From positions 3,328,001 through 3,392,000 of the forward strand of contig OZ240248.1 in the NCBI GenBank assembly GCA_965198235.1: DNA of 64,000 nucleotides, given 5' to 3'. Below, in pieces: positions 20,668 through 31,746 of the stretch (positions within the stretch are counted from its first letter, which is position 1; every line of letters starts with the position of its first letter). Position numbers and translations under genes: made by a program. The stretch comes from Candidatus Poribacteria bacterium. Lineage in GTDB: Bacteria > Poribacteria > WGA-4E > WGA-3G. The notes under the pieces were generated by a model, which was not told the DNA's origin, made no database searches, and saw only the letters and a program-made list of their open reading frames with translations.

Positions 20668-21720
20668 ATGAAACGTGAGACAGGATGTCCTTTTCAAAGA
20701 TTTCATCGTTTTTCACTTTGCGTGACCTTTTTCTGCAGTTTGGTGCTGATTTCGTGCGGTGAAGAACAAGGAAATTGGACGGCTGTTCAACAGGAGGGTG
20801 AGTATATCTACGGGGTCTGGCACAGCACTACACTGAAGAGAGCAGAACAGGCGATGCAGGAGGTTTTTGAGAACATTAGGGACGCGTCAACACTACCGGC
20901 AGAATCGCTAACGGCGAAAGACTTTGAACAAACAAGTATTTCGCCTAAGCTTCTCTTACCGAGCAATGGTGAAATATTGGATTGGGTACAGTCGCGCCCA
21001 CCATCAACCTACGAAGGCAAGACCCTCTATCGGGATAGAGCCGAAGCACCGGATCTTTTCTACGCTTACGGTTTCCAGCGGCAGGCAGAGGTGGAATACC
21101 AAACACCTCGATTCGGTTCAAAGCCTTTGATTTTGCTCGAGATTTTCGATATGGACACCCCTGAAAATGCATTTGGGATTTATAACTTTCACATCTATCC
21201 GCAAGTAAAATTTGAATGGGTGGGCAGCAAGGCGATACTTTCAGGCGGGTATCTCCGATTTTCAAAAGGGAAATATTTTATTCAAATTGAAGGCTACGAA
21301 TTCGCGACCGGTATTCGTGAAGCGATGGTTCTGCTCGCAAAAAATATCGCCGCACGGATTAAAGAGCCTGCTTCAGAACCACGAATATTGACTTTACTCC
21401 CAAGAAATAAGATGAGTGGAAGTGTCAAGTTATTTCAATCGAATTGGGTGTTGCGTCAGATTTACAGCACGTTGCCTGTCAATGTACCACAATTGAGTGA
21501 GACAGCACTCGGAATATCCGCTCGTTATCAGGATAACCCAGACTTAAAAAATTGGATGGAGGCACAGATCGTTTTTATCATCCGTTTTCCCGACCCTTCT
21601 GCGGCGGAATCTGCCTATACTATTTACCGGGATTCCGTGATGGAGGCAGCTTTGCCTCTTAAAGTTGGCACAACTGGACCGATTCTTGTGAACGAGCTTG
21701 TCGCGCCAAAGGCAAATTAA
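20668..21720 (+). CDS. putative lipoprotein (DUF6599-like)
   Basis: LISC lipobox, LEIFDMDTPENAFGIY, FSKGKYFIQI. Confidence 0.65.
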   Translation: MKRETGCPFQRFHRFSLCVTFFCSLVLISCGEEQGNWTAVQQEGEYIYGVWHSTTLKRAEQAMQEVFENIRDASTLPAESLTAKDFEQTSISPKLLLPSNGEILDWVQSRPPSTYEGKTLYRDRAEAPDLFYAYGFQRQAEVEYQTPRFGSKPLILLEIFDMDTPENAFGIYNFHIYPQVKFEWVGSKAILSGGYLRFSKGKYFIQIEGYEFATGIREAMVLLAKNIAARIKEPASEPRILTLLPRNKMSGSVKLFQSNWVLRQIYSTLPVNVPQLSETALGISARYQDNPDLKNWMEAQIVFIIRFPDPSAAESAYTIYRDSVMEAALPLKVGTTGPILVNELVAPKAN

Positions 21721-21750
21721 AAAAGCGTGTCTCCTTTAAGAGATTTAACC

Positions 21751-21846
21751 AAAGACGTAAGCCCAACTATCGGGCGGGGCTGGATATACGCCAGGGAACG
21801 TTATGCCTCGAACCGACTTGCCTAATCCGCAAGGAAAATTAAAAAT
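21751..21846 (+). repeat. family-B intergenic element
   Basis: AAAGACGTAAGC...CTGGATA..AACGTTAT..CCGCAAGGAAAATTAAAAAT, colinear with 40023-40146. Confidence 0.75.
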
Positions 21847-21858
21847 AGGAGCTTTCTC

Positions 21859-22611
21859 ATGCGAGGAGATTTTGAAGCCTATCTTAATGATTCGTTTCGT
21901 GATGAAAATGGAAACCTTAATTTAGCATCGTTGTTGGCATTAGAGGATGAAGCCGACATGGATGTTGCGGTTATTATGCCGAATACCCAGCCTCTTCCCC
22001 AAAATAGTGAGCTTGCTGACGCGATTCGCGGTAATTCGCGCGCACTTGGCTGTGCCCTCGTGCATCCAACGGAACCAGAACCCGTTGAGCAGGTTAGGTT
22101 AGCAGCCGAGGAATGGGGCATGCGCGGGATTAAACTGATGCCTGCCGTTCACAACTACGATGTGGATGCTGAAATCGTACGTCCTGTCGTTGAAGCTGCC
22201 CGTGATTACGGACTTATCGTCTCAATTCATTCTGGACCTAACAATTGCCATCCCAACCGGATCGGTACTGTGGCAAGTTGGGTGCCAGAAACCCCGGTTA
22301 TCATGGATCACATGGGGTTTCCGGACGATTTGGATTCAGGTATCTCTGTCGCAAAGGCGAACAAAAATATCTCGTTGGGGACGACTATCTTACGCTTTCA
22401 TCGGCGTTGGGGGACGGATCCAGATACCGTTGTTCCAACGGAGGTAAAAACAGCTGTTGAAGATCTTGGACCTGAGCAGATAGTCTTCGGTTCTAATTTG
22501 CCTGAGTACCGTCCTATTCAGGTTATCAACGCTCTCAAACGGTTGGAACTCGGCGATGATGCCGAAGCACAGATTTTCGGTGGAAACCTCGCTCGTATCT
22601 ATGGACTTTAA
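21859..22611 (+). CDS. amidohydrolase-2 family protein
   Basis: GIKLMP, IHSG, IMDHMG, IVFGSN, IFGGNLARIY. Confidence 0.85.
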   Translation: MRGDFEAYLNDSFRDENGNLNLASLLALEDEADMDVAVIMPNTQPLPQNSELADAIRGNSRALGCALVHPTEPEPVEQVRLAAEEWGMRGIKLMPAVHNYDVDAEIVRPVVEAARDYGLIVSIHSGPNNCHPNRIGTVASWVPETPVIMDHMGFPDDLDSGISVAKANKNISLGTTILRFHRRWGTDPDTVVPTEVKTAVEDLGPEQIVFGSNLPEYRPIQVINALKRLELGDDAEAQIFGGNLARIYGL

Positions 22612-22653
22612 ATACGCGAAGATCTACTTAGGTTCCCCGTGAATTTCGGGTTG

Positions 22654-22847
22654 TTTTGATGATTGAATCTGAGCCTTGTTCCACTACGTTCCATAACGCC
22701 TCTATCTAAATTGAAAACCTGCTTTAGGTTTGAAAAGGTTCATAACTTCACCGTAAACCACTGCGGAATGAAATTAGGTTTCCTTAAATGGCATAATTTG
22801 TCTTTGCTTTACATTTGGAGCAGTGACCAGAGGCAATAGTTTAAAAA
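22654..22847. repeat. family-A bipartite palindromic element with cargo
   Basis: Degenerate minus-strand hairpin 22674-22698; plus-strand cargo hairpin 22759-22825; ends TTTAAAAA before the gcvT ATG. Confidence 0.8.
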
Positions 22848-23933
22848 ATGAAGCGAACGCCCCTTTATGAGGTACACAAAAGCCTCAATGCTAAATTCAC
22901 CGAATTCGGCGGTTGGGAGATGCCCCTTCAGTATAGCAGCATTGTTAAGGAACATTTGGCTGTCCGGAGCATCGCCGGTTTGTTTGACCTGTCACATATG
23001 GGAGAGGTTGAAGTTTCTGGACAGGGGGCGAACGAATTGGTGCAGAAACTCAGCACGAATGATGTGAGTCGTTTAAGCAATGGACGTGTGTTGTATACAC
23101 TATTCTGCAATGAAACAGGCGGAATCGTTGACGACCTACTCGTTTATCGACATGCGGATAATCACTATATGTTGGTAGTCAACGCCGCCAATATTGAGAA
23201 AGATCTGGCGTGGGTGGAGACCTGTAACGATGCAGGTGCAGAAGTAAAAGACATATCCGAGGACACGGCTCTCATTGCCCTGCAGGGTCCAAAGGCAATA
23301 GACCTTCTGAATCCTTTCGTTCCTGAACGAGATGTCTCCGAGATTCCGTATTTTCGATTTACAGCCGGTGAAGTCGCTGGGGTCCCTACCGCTATTTCAC
23401 GTACGGGTTATACGGGGGAAGTTGGCTTTGAGTTATACGTCCCTGCGGCGGATGCCGAACGTTTGTGGACTGCTCTGTATCCTGCCGTCATGGCAGTAGG
23501 AGGACAACCGGTGGGGCTTGGTGCGCGCGACACCTTACGTCTTGAAGCCGGACTTCGCCTCTACGGCATGGACATGAGCGACGACACGAACCCGTTTGAA
23601 GTTGGGCTGGGTCGGTTCGTCAAATTTAAGAATCGACAATTTATCGGCAAAAGTGCACTCCTTGCAGAGAAAAAGAAGGGCATCACGAAACAGATGATTG
23701 GATTTCAGATGCTTGACCGTGCTGTAGCACGTGCTGGTTATGCTATTTATCAAGGCGGTGAACGCATTGGTAGTGTGACCAGCGGTGCCCCTTCGCCGAG
23801 TCTTAAATGTAGTATCGGTTTCGCTTCTGTTGAATCACAAGCGGTGTCTGAAAATGAAAAAATTGATGTAGAAATTCGAGGTAAATTGCACCCCGCTATA
23901 ATTGTGGAGGTGCCTTTTATTTCAAATTTCTAA
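22848..23933 (+). CDS. gcvT: glycine cleavage aminomethyltransferase T
   Basis: KRTPLY, FDLSHMG, SRTGYTGE, GLGARDTLRLEAG. Confidence 0.97.
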   Translation: MKRTPLYEVHKSLNAKFTEFGGWEMPLQYSSIVKEHLAVRSIAGLFDLSHMGEVEVSGQGANELVQKLSTNDVSRLSNGRVLYTLFCNETGGIVDDLLVYRHADNHYMLVVNAANIEKDLAWVETCNDAGAEVKDISEDTALIALQGPKAIDLLNPFVPERDVSEIPYFRFTAGEVAGVPTAISRTGYTGEVGFELYVPAADAERLWTALYPAVMAVGGQPVGLGARDTLRLEAGLRLYGMDMSDDTNPFEVGLGRFVKFKNRQFIGKSALLAEKKKGITKQMIGFQMLDRAVARAGYAIYQGGERIGSVTSGAPSPSLKCSIGFASVESQAVSENEKIDVEIRGKLHPAIIVEVPFISNF

Positions 23934-24159
23934 CGACGGGCCTCTGGACTGCTCTCCACTACGTTTCGAGTAGGTTTCTGGTGAAGTTAGTTACAGCGGA
24001 TAAAGGAATTGCAAGGTTTTTTGTGTATCGCACGTGCCTTTTTAGGGGTGAACACGCGTCTCACCAGATACCATCGTGGAACGAAATTATGTTTCCTTAA
24101 ATGGCATAATTTGTCTTTGCTTTACATTTGGAACGATGACCAGATTTCACAGTTAGAAA
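23927..24159. repeat. family-A element with cargo
   Basis: TTTCTAAC..GTTAGAAA ends; hairpins 23949-23973(-) and 24072-24138(+); inner IR GGTTTCTGGTGA/TCACCAGATACC. Confidence 0.85.
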
Positions 24160-24172
24160 AAGAGAACATAAA

Positions 24173-24559
24173 ATGATTCCACAAGACTTAAGATACATGG
24201 AAAGCCATGAATGGATCAAACAAGAGGGAGACATCGCTACTATTGGTATCAGCGATTATGCCCAATCCGAAATTCAGGATATTGTCTATGTTGAATTGCC
24301 CGAAGTTGGCACTGAACTCACACAGAAAACGGAGTTCGGTGTGATAGAGTCTGTCAAGGCGGCATTCGATCTCTATGCTCCTGTCAGCGGTGAGGTCATT
24401 GAGGTCAACGAATCGCTTCTCGACGCACCGGAACAGGTGAATGAGTCTCCGTACAATGAAGGTTGGTTCCTCAGAATCAGAATGACTGACACTAACGAAC
24501 TTGACGCACTTCTTGATGCCGATGATTATCAGGCGCATATTGAGGCGGAGCATGCTTGA
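24173..24559 (+). CDS. gcvH: glycine cleavage H protein
   Basis: SHEW, ESVKAA lipoyl lysine, PYNEGW. Confidence 0.97.
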   Translation: MIPQDLRYMESHEWIKQEGDIATIGISDYAQSEIQDIVYVELPEVGTELTQKTEFGVIESVKAAFDLYAPVSGEVIEVNESLLDAPEQVNESPYNEGWFLRIRMTDTNELDALLDADDYQAHIEAEHA

Positions 24560-27407
24560 AAAACAGAAAAACGGAAGATCCTTCGCAAATCGACACATCG
24601 GTCCTCGTCCAGAAGATGTTGAATGGATGTTGTCAACGCTCGGCTATTCTTCAATGACTGATTTCATTGAAGATGTTGTGCCAGCGGATATTCGTTTATC
24701 CTCCGCTTTCAGTTTAAATGGAGATGTGTGTGGGCTTTCAGAGTCGGAGGTGCTTGCCGCACTCAAGAAACTTGCTTCCCAAAACCAAGTCTTTCGCTCT
24801 TTTATTGGAATGGGATACTATAATTGCTTTGTTCCGCCAGTCATCCAACGAAACATTTTGGAAAATCCCGGTTGGTACACCCAATACACACCCTATCAAG
24901 CCGAGATTTCACAGGGACGTTTGGAGGCATTGCTTAACTTCCAAACAATGGTGATTGATTTAACCGGTTTACCTGTCGCGAATGCTTCTCTCTTAGATGA
25001 GGCAACAGCCGCCGCCGAGGCGATGGGGATGTGCCTCACCCTTACAAAACAGAAAACATGCCGCGATTTTTTCGTTTCTGAAACCTGTCATCCACAAACT
25101 ATCGCTGTTTTGCAGACGCGTGCTGAGCCTCTCGGCATTCGATTGGTTATTGGGGACCATAGAAATACGGACTTTGACGCGCCAATTCTCGGTGCTATCG
25201 CACAATACCCCGCAACTGATGGCGCGATTTACGATTACAGCGAATTTGGGGAACGAGTGCATGCCGCTGGCGGTTTGTTCATTACTGCCACAGATCTGTT
25301 AGCACTGACCCTTTTACGTCCACCTGGCGAGTTTGGAGCAGACATTGCTATCGGTAGTGCACAGCGATTCGGGGTTCCGCTCGGTTATGGCGGTCCGCAC
25401 GCTGCCTTCCTCGCTACCCGTGAGCAACTAAAGCGACAGATACCCGGAAGGATTGCGGGTGTTTCTCAAGATGCGACCGGCAAACCGGCTATCCGCTTGG
25501 CACTCCAAACGCGGGAGCAGCATATCCGACGTGAAAAAGCAACGAGTAACATTTGCACCGCGCAGGTACTACTCGCTGTGATGGCAGGGATGTATGCGGT
25601 TTATCATGGACCCACAGGACTTAAGCACATCGCTGAACGCATCCACTCACTCACTTGCACATTACGTGCAGGGCTTGGAGAACTTGGGTTTACAACGGGG
25701 AAATTGCCCTGTTTTGACACTCTCTCTGTTGGTGTGCCGTTGGGAACAACGGAGGAGTTGCTCGACTCTGCCCGTGCAAAACAAATAAACCTTCGGGCAA
25801 CTAATTCAACGCATATCGGTATCTCTTTAGACGAAACAACGACATTGGTCGATGTTGAAGAAATCTTGCAAGTATTTGGTGCGCGAACAAGTTTGGAAAG
25901 CGTACCTGCAAGTGACATTCCTATAGATTTGCAACGGAAGAGTTCCTACCTAATGCATCCGGTGTTCAATAGTTACCATTCTGAAACCGAGATGCTTCGC
26001 TATATCCACAAGCTTCAAACCAAAGATCTTTCCCTTGTGAATGCCATGATACCTCTCGGTTCTTGTACCATGAAACTCAATGCTACGGCGGAGATGGTCC
26101 CAGTAACATGGAACGAGTTTGGCGGACTGCACCCCTTCGCGCCGCGAGAGCAAGCAAAAGGGTATCAGCATCTGTTTTCACAATTAGAAACGTGGTTAGC
26201 TGAGATAACGGGTTATAGTGGTATCTCATTGCAACCGAATGCGGGTTCACAAGGTGAATATGCAGGACTGTTAGTCGTCCGAAAATACCACCAGAGCCGC
26301 GGTGAGTCACATCGTGATGTTTGTTTAATACCAACATCTGCTCACGGCACAAATCCTGCAAGTGCTGTGATGGCAGGTATGCAAGTTGTCGTCGTCGCGT
26401 GCGATACGGATGGGAATATTGACCTCGAAGATCTGGAATTAAAAGCTGACAAGCATCGTGAAGATCTTGCCGCTGCCATGATTACATACCCTTCAACACA
26501 TGGGGTCTTTGAAGAGAAAATTCGAGAGATTTGCGATATTGTTCATCAATCCGGTGGACAGGTCTACATGGACGGTGCGAATCTGAATGCCCTTGTTGGA
26601 ATCGGGCAGCCAGCAGATATTGGAGCGGATGTATGCCATTTGAATCTCCACAAAACTTTCTGTATCCCTCACGGTGGGGGTGGACCGGGAATGGGACCCA
26701 TTGGGGTTAAGGCGCATCTCACAGACTTCTTGCCAACACATCCACTTGTCCCTGTCGGTGGTGATGCTGGAATTGGTGCCGTGTCTGCTGCCCCGTGGGG
26801 AAGCCCAGGAATTCTGCCCATCTCATGGGCATATATTGCGATGATGGGAACGCAGGGGCTTACAGCCGCGACAGAAGTTGCGATCCTGAACGCGAACTAT
26901 ATTGCCAAACGGCTCGCGCCTCATTATCCTGTCCTTTATACGGGAAAAAACGGCTTAGTTGCTCACGAATGTATCATTGATTTGCGTGCATTCAAGAAGA
27001 ATACCGATATAGATGTGACCGATATCGCAAAGCGACTGATGGACTACGGGTTCCACGCACCGACTGTTTCTTGGCCCGTACTGGGGACGATGATGATTGA
27101 ACCGACAGAAAGCGAATCGAGGGCGGAGTTAGAGCGGTTCTGTGATGCTCTCATTTCAATACGTGAAGAGATAGCGGAGATTGAGACGGGTGTCGCTGAT
27201 CAGGTAGACAATGTGTTGAAGAATGCTCCGCACACCGTGGAAATGGTTACACGATCTGAATGGAGTCATTCGTATTCGCGTGAAAGAGCCGCGTTTCCGA
27301 AACCTTGGGTCCGCGAGGCTAAATTTTGGCCCGCAGTCGCACGTATCAACGAGGTTTACGGAGATAGGAATCTTTTGTGTGCCTGCCCACCGCTTGATAA
27401 ATATTAA
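24552..27407 (+). CDS. gcvP: glycine dehydrogenase (single-chain P protein)
   Basis: [31 protein letters not shown]; start trimmed. Confidence 0.97.
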   Translation: MLEKQKNGRSFANRHIGPRPEDVEWMLSTLGYSSMTDFIEDVVPADIRLSSAFSLNGDVCGLSESEVLAALKKLASQNQVFRSFIGMGYYNCFVPPVIQRNILENPGWYTQYTPYQAEISQGRLEALLNFQTMVIDLTGLPVANASLLDEATAAAEAMGMCLTLTKQKTCRDFFVSETCHPQTIAVLQTRAEPLGIRLVIGDHRNTDFDAPILGAIAQYPATDGAIYDYSEFGERVHAAGGLFITATDLLALTLLRPPGEFGADIAIGSAQRFGVPLGYGGPHAAFLATREQLKRQIPGRIAGVSQDATGKPAIRLALQTREQHIRREKATSNICTAQVLLAVMAGMYAVYHGPTGLKHIAERIHSLTCTLRAGLGELGFTTGKLPCFDTLSVGVPLGTTEELLDSARAKQINLRATNSTHIGISLDETTTLVDVEEILQVFGARTSLESVPASDIPIDLQRKSSYLMHPVFNSYHSETEMLRYIHKLQTKDLSLVNAMIPLGSCTMKLNATAEMVPVTWNEFGGLHPFAPREQAKGYQHLFSQLETWLAEITGYSGISLQPNAGSQGEYAGLLVVRKYHQSRGESHRDVCLIPTSAHGTNPASAVMAGMQVVVVACDTDGNIDLEDLELKADKHREDLAAAMITYPSTHGVFEEKIREICDIVHQSGGQVYMDGANLNALVGIGQPADIGADVCHLNLHKTFCIPHGGGGPGMGPIGVKAHLTDFLPTHPLVPVGGDAGIGAVSAAPWGSPGILPISWAYIAMMGTQGLTAATEVAILNANYIAKRLAPHYPVLYTGKNGLVAHECIIDLRAFKKNTDIDVTDIAKRLMDYGFHAPTVSWPVLGTMMIEPTESESRAELERFCDALISIREEIAEIETGVADQVDNVLKNAPHTVEMVTRSEWSHSYSRERAAFPKPWVREAKFWPAVARINEVYGDRNLLCACPPLDKY

Positions 27408-27551
27408 TTTCAGTGACGCGAATTCCGTGTTCATAGCACGTAGCACGAACTGTATGAAGTTTAAGAATTTAATTGGGTGACTACCGACATCACCTTTGGG
27501 AAAAGGAATGGCAGGTCTACGGTAGAAGACGGTACAATTTACAGAAATGGT

Positions 27552-27697
27552 TGTCCAGTCTAATTGGGACATCCGTATTCGCTTAAGAAAGCGTACATGG
27601 CTCAGACCCCGTTGACTTAAGCGAAAACCACCGTGAAACGAAATTATGCCCTAAATGGCATAATTTGTTTTTGCTTTACATTTGGAACGGTTTAAGC
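27552..27697. repeat. family-A element with cargo (variant left hairpin)
   Basis: Inner IR TTCGCTTAAG/CTTAAGCGAA; cargo hairpin 27630-27691. Confidence 0.75.
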
Positions 27698-27734
27698 ATC
27701 AACTCGACTCCGCTATAAATGTTAAAGCACGAGT

Positions 27735-27808
27735 GTTTTTGCTTGGGGTTTTTGCTTGGGTGTTTCTGCGGATTTCTTCGATGGTTAACAGATTTAATAA
27801 TTAAAAAT
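27735..27808 (+). repeat. family-B fragment
   Basis: TTTTTGCTTGGG x2, TGTTTCTGCGGATTTCTTC, AATTAAAAAT-ATG as at 42151-42285. Confidence 0.7.
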
Positions 27809-29215
27809 ATGAAAGCAATAATTATAGGCGCAGGAGAAATTGGGTTCCATATTGCCAAACTTCTCACTGTCCAAGATAACGATGTTGTTCTCATTGATGA
27901 GTCCGATGCTGCCTGCGACCGGGTTAATGAACAATTGGACTTGCAAACGCTGCACGGATCGGGGGCATCCCCGCGCCTTCTCAAAACCGCTGGGATTGAC
28001 GAAGCCGACCTCATCATCGCCGTTACAAATAGTGATGAGATTAATATCCTCGCTTGTCAGATAGCCGGTAGGTACGGTGTCAACACAAAAATCGCACGTG
28101 TCTCAAATCCTGACTACTTCTCCACGGAAAGTGGACTCACTCCTAAAGACTTCGGTATTGATCTTCTGGTGAATCCAGAACAGCGCTGTGTTGCTGAATT
28201 TGTCCGGCTCTTGCATATACCTGAGGCGCGGGAGATTGTCGAATTTGAAGACGGAAAAGTCCAACTTGTTTCCTTTCGTGCCAAACAGTCAAACCCCTTG
28301 ATAGGAAAATCGCTCGCGGAATTGGACGCAAGTGGGCTTCTCGCTGATATCCGCTTCGCTGCCATTAGTCGTCGTGGAGGTTCCAATAACGGCAACCCGA
28401 TCAGTAATGGCGGCAGACACATTATCATTCCGAGAGGGGCGGATGCTTTGCAACAAGGGGACGAAGTCTTTGTCATCGGCAGTGCGTTGGCAGTTGAGCA
28501 ATTGTTACGTATTAGTGGTATCACATTTAATCAGCAGCTGGACCGCGTTATCATTGTTGGCGCAAGCCCTATTGGCATTGGACTCGCCCGTGTGCTTGAA
28601 GAAAACGACACCAACGTCAAACTCATCGAAGCCGATCAAACACAAGCGCGACTGGCATCCCAAATGCTAAAGCGCACCACCGTTTTACAGGGCGATTATC
28701 TCCAATTCAGACTCCTTGAAGAAGCAGGTATAGAGGGTGTTAACGGATTCGTCTCGGTTACGGGGGACGATGAGAACGATATTATGGCATGTATGACTGC
28801 CAAAGAGAACGGTGCCCAGCGTGTACTCGCACTCGTTCAGCGACCACGTTATCTCCCCTTGTTGGCACGCATTCCGAGACTCGATGGCGCGGTCAGCCGA
28901 CATCTCACTGTTGTTAGCAATATCCTGCGGCTCATCCGTCGTGGAAATATAGTTTCTGTTGCCTCACTGCACGGAATAGATGCGGAAGTTATTGAGATTG
29001 TCGCTGGAGTCAACGCGAAGATTGTCCACAAGGAACTTATCTCTTTCAAAACAAAATTTCCAGAAAATGCCTTTATCGGTGCCGTCATTCGGCGGGAAAA
29101 ACTCATTATTCCAACCGGTCAGTCTGTTATCCAACCTGCAGATCGCGTTATCGTCTTTAGTATGCCCGATGCGATTCCTATTGTCGAAGACCTGTTCGCC
29201 GAACGCCGCATCTAA
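27809..29215 (+). CDS. trkA: Trk K+ uptake NAD-binding subunit
   Basis: IIIGAGEIG, AVTNSDEIN, two RCK pairs; start trimmed. Confidence 0.95.
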   Translation: MKAIIIGAGEIGFHIAKLLTVQDNDVVLIDESDAACDRVNEQLDLQTLHGSGASPRLLKTAGIDEADLIIAVTNSDEINILACQIAGRYGVNTKIARVSNPDYFSTESGLTPKDFGIDLLVNPEQRCVAEFVRLLHIPEAREIVEFEDGKVQLVSFRAKQSNPLIGKSLAELDASGLLADIRFAAISRRGGSNNGNPISNGGRHIIIPRGADALQQGDEVFVIGSALAVEQLLRISGITFNQQLDRVIIVGASPIGIGLARVLEENDTNVKLIEADQTQARLASQMLKRTTVLQGDYLQFRLLEEAGIEGVNGFVSVTGDDENDIMACMTAKENGAQRVLALVQRPRYLPLLARIPRLDGAVSRHLTVVSNILRLIRRGNIVSVASLHGIDAEVIEIVAGVNAKIVHKELISFKTKFPENAFIGAVIRREKLIIPTGQSVIQPADRVIVFSMPDAIPIVEDLFAERRI

Positions 29216-29245
29216 AAGGGTGTATCGCTTGGCATTTCTCTTGTC

Positions 29246-30751
29246 ATGAGCCTTAAATTAATCGTTTATACTCTTGGGAATTTACTTATCTGTCTCGCGG
29301 GAACGATGCTGCTCCCTTTGGGAGTGGCTATCTATTATCAGGTGAGTGCCGGTGAAACCGAGAGCAATTTGATGGCGTTCGTCATCTCAGCGATATTCAC
29401 CTTAATTGTTGGTTTGGCTCTCCGTTTTAGTATTCGCGCGCGACAGGAAGAACTCGGCATACGCGAAGGTTTCGCAGTTGTCGCTTTGGGATGGGTGACA
29501 GTTGCTCTCTTCGGTACGCTGCCCTACCTATTTGCAAATGTGTTTCACATTGATGGTCGCTCATTGTGGACAGAGTTTTCCTTCTGTTATTTTGAATCTA
29601 TGGCAGGGTTCTCGACTACGGGTGCCACCGTCCTCACAGAAATTGAGCATCTTTCACACGCCGTGCTTTTCTGGCGGAGTCTTTCACACTGGCTCGGTGG
29701 GATGGGAATTGTCGTTCTTGCTGTCGCGATTCTTCCAATGCTCGGCATCGGTGGTATGCAGCTTTTTCGCGCCGAGGCACCCGGACCGCAGACCGATCGA
29801 CTCACCCCCCGTATTGCACAAACCGCTAAACTTCTCTGGGGCGTTTATCTCCTGCTCTCTCTTTTAGAAACAGTGCTACTGATGCTCGGCGGAATGTCGC
29901 TTTTTGACGCGCTCTGCCACACCTTTGGCACGATGGCAACCGGTGGGTTTTCGACGAAAAACCATAGCATTGGACACTACAATAGTGTTTATATTGACAT
30001 GGTAATCAGTTTCTTCATGTTTCTCGCTGGGACCAATTTCGCACTTCATTATCGTGCCCTCCGGGGCAATGTCAAAGCCTATCTCCAAGATGCAGAATTC
30101 AAATTCTACTGTGTCGTTATCGCAGTGAGCATTACCTTAATTTCATGGAATACAATCAGGTTTCAGGTCGATGGGGATATCCCTTATGATTCAATGTGGA
30201 CATCGCTACGCTATGCTACATTTCAGGTCATGTCTATCATCACGACCACCGGCTATGGGACTGCTGACTTTGAACGGTGGCCCGCCCTCTCCCAATTCAT
30301 TCTGGTAACACTCATGTTCTACGGGGGGTGTGCAGGTTCCACCGGTGGAGGTATGAAGCAGGTTCGATTCCTACTCCTTATCAAACAGAGCGGTGCCGAA
30401 ATTAAACGCCTCCTCTTCCCGCATGCTGTGCTTCCTATTCGCGTTAACGATCGAGTGGTTCCACCCGAAGTGATGACAAATGTCCTCGGTTTTTTCTTTT
30501 TTTTCATCGGAATTTTTGCGATTGTAACGTGCATTATGGCAACTTTGGGTCTCGACCTTGTTAGTGCCGCTGGAGCGACAATTGCTACGATGGGAAACAT
30601 CGGTCCTGGGCTCGGCAGCGTGGGACCGACCAATAACTACGCGCATATTCACACGACTGGAAAATTTGTTCTGGCATTCTGTATGTTACTGGGACGTTTA
30701 GAACTTTATACCGTGCTGATCCTCTTTTCACCGAATTTCTGGAGAAGATGA
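29246..30751 (+). CDS. trkH: Trk K+ uptake membrane subunit
   Basis: FSTTGAT, ATGGF, TTTGY, GNIGPG, GRLE. Confidence 0.95.
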   Translation: MSLKLIVYTLGNLLICLAGTMLLPLGVAIYYQVSAGETESNLMAFVISAIFTLIVGLALRFSIRARQEELGIREGFAVVALGWVTVALFGTLPYLFANVFHIDGRSLWTEFSFCYFESMAGFSTTGATVLTEIEHLSHAVLFWRSLSHWLGGMGIVVLAVAILPMLGIGGMQLFRAEAPGPQTDRLTPRIAQTAKLLWGVYLLLSLLETVLLMLGGMSLFDALCHTFGTMATGGFSTKNHSIGHYNSVYIDMVISFFMFLAGTNFALHYRALRGNVKAYLQDAEFKFYCVVIAVSITLISWNTIRFQVDGDIPYDSMWTSLRYATFQVMSIITTTGYGTADFERWPALSQFILVTLMFYGGCAGSTGGGMKQVRFLLLIKQSGAEIKRLLFPHAVLPIRVNDRVVPPEVMTNVLGFFFFFIGIFAIVTCIMATLGLDLVSAAGATIATMGNIGPGLGSVGPTNNYAHIHTTGKFVLAFCMLLGRLELYTVLILFSPNFWRR

Positions 30752-30762
30752 ACCGTCCGCGG

Positions 30763-30869
30763 TTTTTCTAATTTTACCTTGCGGATAAGTGATGTGGTCT
30801 GCAATTTGAAAGTTTTTGATTTCGAGTTGAAGAAACACCCAAGCAAAAATCCCTCCACTACGTTACGGG
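30763..30869 (-). repeat. family-B element, reverse orientation
   Basis: Reverse complement CCCGTAACGTAGTGGAGGG-ATTTTTGCTTGGGTGTTTCT...CCGCAAGGTAAAATTAGAAAAA. Confidence 0.75.
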
Positions 30870-30912
30870 CATGCGGTTCGATTTTAAGAAGGATGTTCAG
30901 AATATTCAAAAA

Positions 30913-30962
30913 CCTGCGCGTAATGTAATGGAGCACAGGGCGAAAACCCAATAATTAAAAAA
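30913..30962 (+). repeat. family-A right arm
   Basis: CCTGCGC-GTAATGTAATGGA-GCACAGG then AAAACCCAATAATTAAAA. Confidence 0.7.
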
Positions 30963-31000
30963 ATGTAATGGAGCGTATCCCAGGAGACCATAGTAAAAAA

Positions 31001-31645
31001 ATGAACACCGATAAACTACGCAGAGAATATAGAGCAGATAGTGGACACCTGCTTGAAGAAAACGCTTCCTCCGATCCGTTTGAGCAATTTGAAAAGTGGT
31101 TCTCGGATGCGACTGTCGCCAAACTCGATCTACCAGATGCCATGACGTTAGCTACGGCAACTCCACAAGGTATTCCTTCCGCTCGAATGGTGGTGCTCAG
31201 AGGCTTCGATACGAGAGGTTTCTGTTTCTACACCGATTATGGGAGCCAAAAAGGAAAGGAACTTGCTGAGAACCCGAACGCGGCGTTGGTGTTCTATTGG
31301 CGTGAGCTCGATCGGCAGGTCCGCAGTACCGGAACTGTTGAAAAAATGACAACGGAGGAATCAGATACTTACTTCGCCAGCCGTCCTCTCAGCAGCCAAC
31401 TCGCCGTGTGGACAGAACGTCAGAGCCTTGTGATTATAGGGAGAGAACATCTCACGGAGGGGTTCCAACGGGCAGAGCAGACATATTCACAGGATACCAT
31501 TCCGCGTCCGCCGCATTGGGGCGGATACCGACTCGTGCCGAATCTATTTGAGTTTTGGCAGGGGTGTCCAAACCGCCTCCATGATAGGCTCTGTTATACG
31601 TTGCAACCTGATGGAACATGGGAGATGACGCGTCTATCGCCGTAA
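31001..31645 (+). CDS. pdxH: pyridoxamine 5'-phosphate oxidase
   Basis: LRREY, PSARMVVLR, RQVR, WGGY, EFWQG, RLHDR, RLSP. Confidence 0.95.
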   Translation: MNTDKLRREYRADSGHLLEENASSDPFEQFEKWFSDATVAKLDLPDAMTLATATPQGIPSARMVVLRGFDTRGFCFYTDYGSQKGKELAENPNAALVFYWRELDRQVRSTGTVEKMTTEESDTYFASRPLSSQLAVWTERQSLVIIGREHLTEGFQRAEQTYSQDTIPRPPHWGGYRLVPNLFEFWQGCPNRLHDRLCYTLQPDGTWEMTRLSP

Positions 31646-31746
31646 GTCTAAAGAAAAGTCTGGAAAGTCACTTGACCTTCGGGGCAGATTCGTGTTACAC
31701 TTTGGGACATTCCATGAACAACATCGGAACTTAACGGAGGTGCTTG

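Noticed and set aside
22612-22847. Glycine riboswitch upstream of gcvT
   Set aside because: No glycine aptamer consensus seen; the structured sequence recurs before unrelated genes
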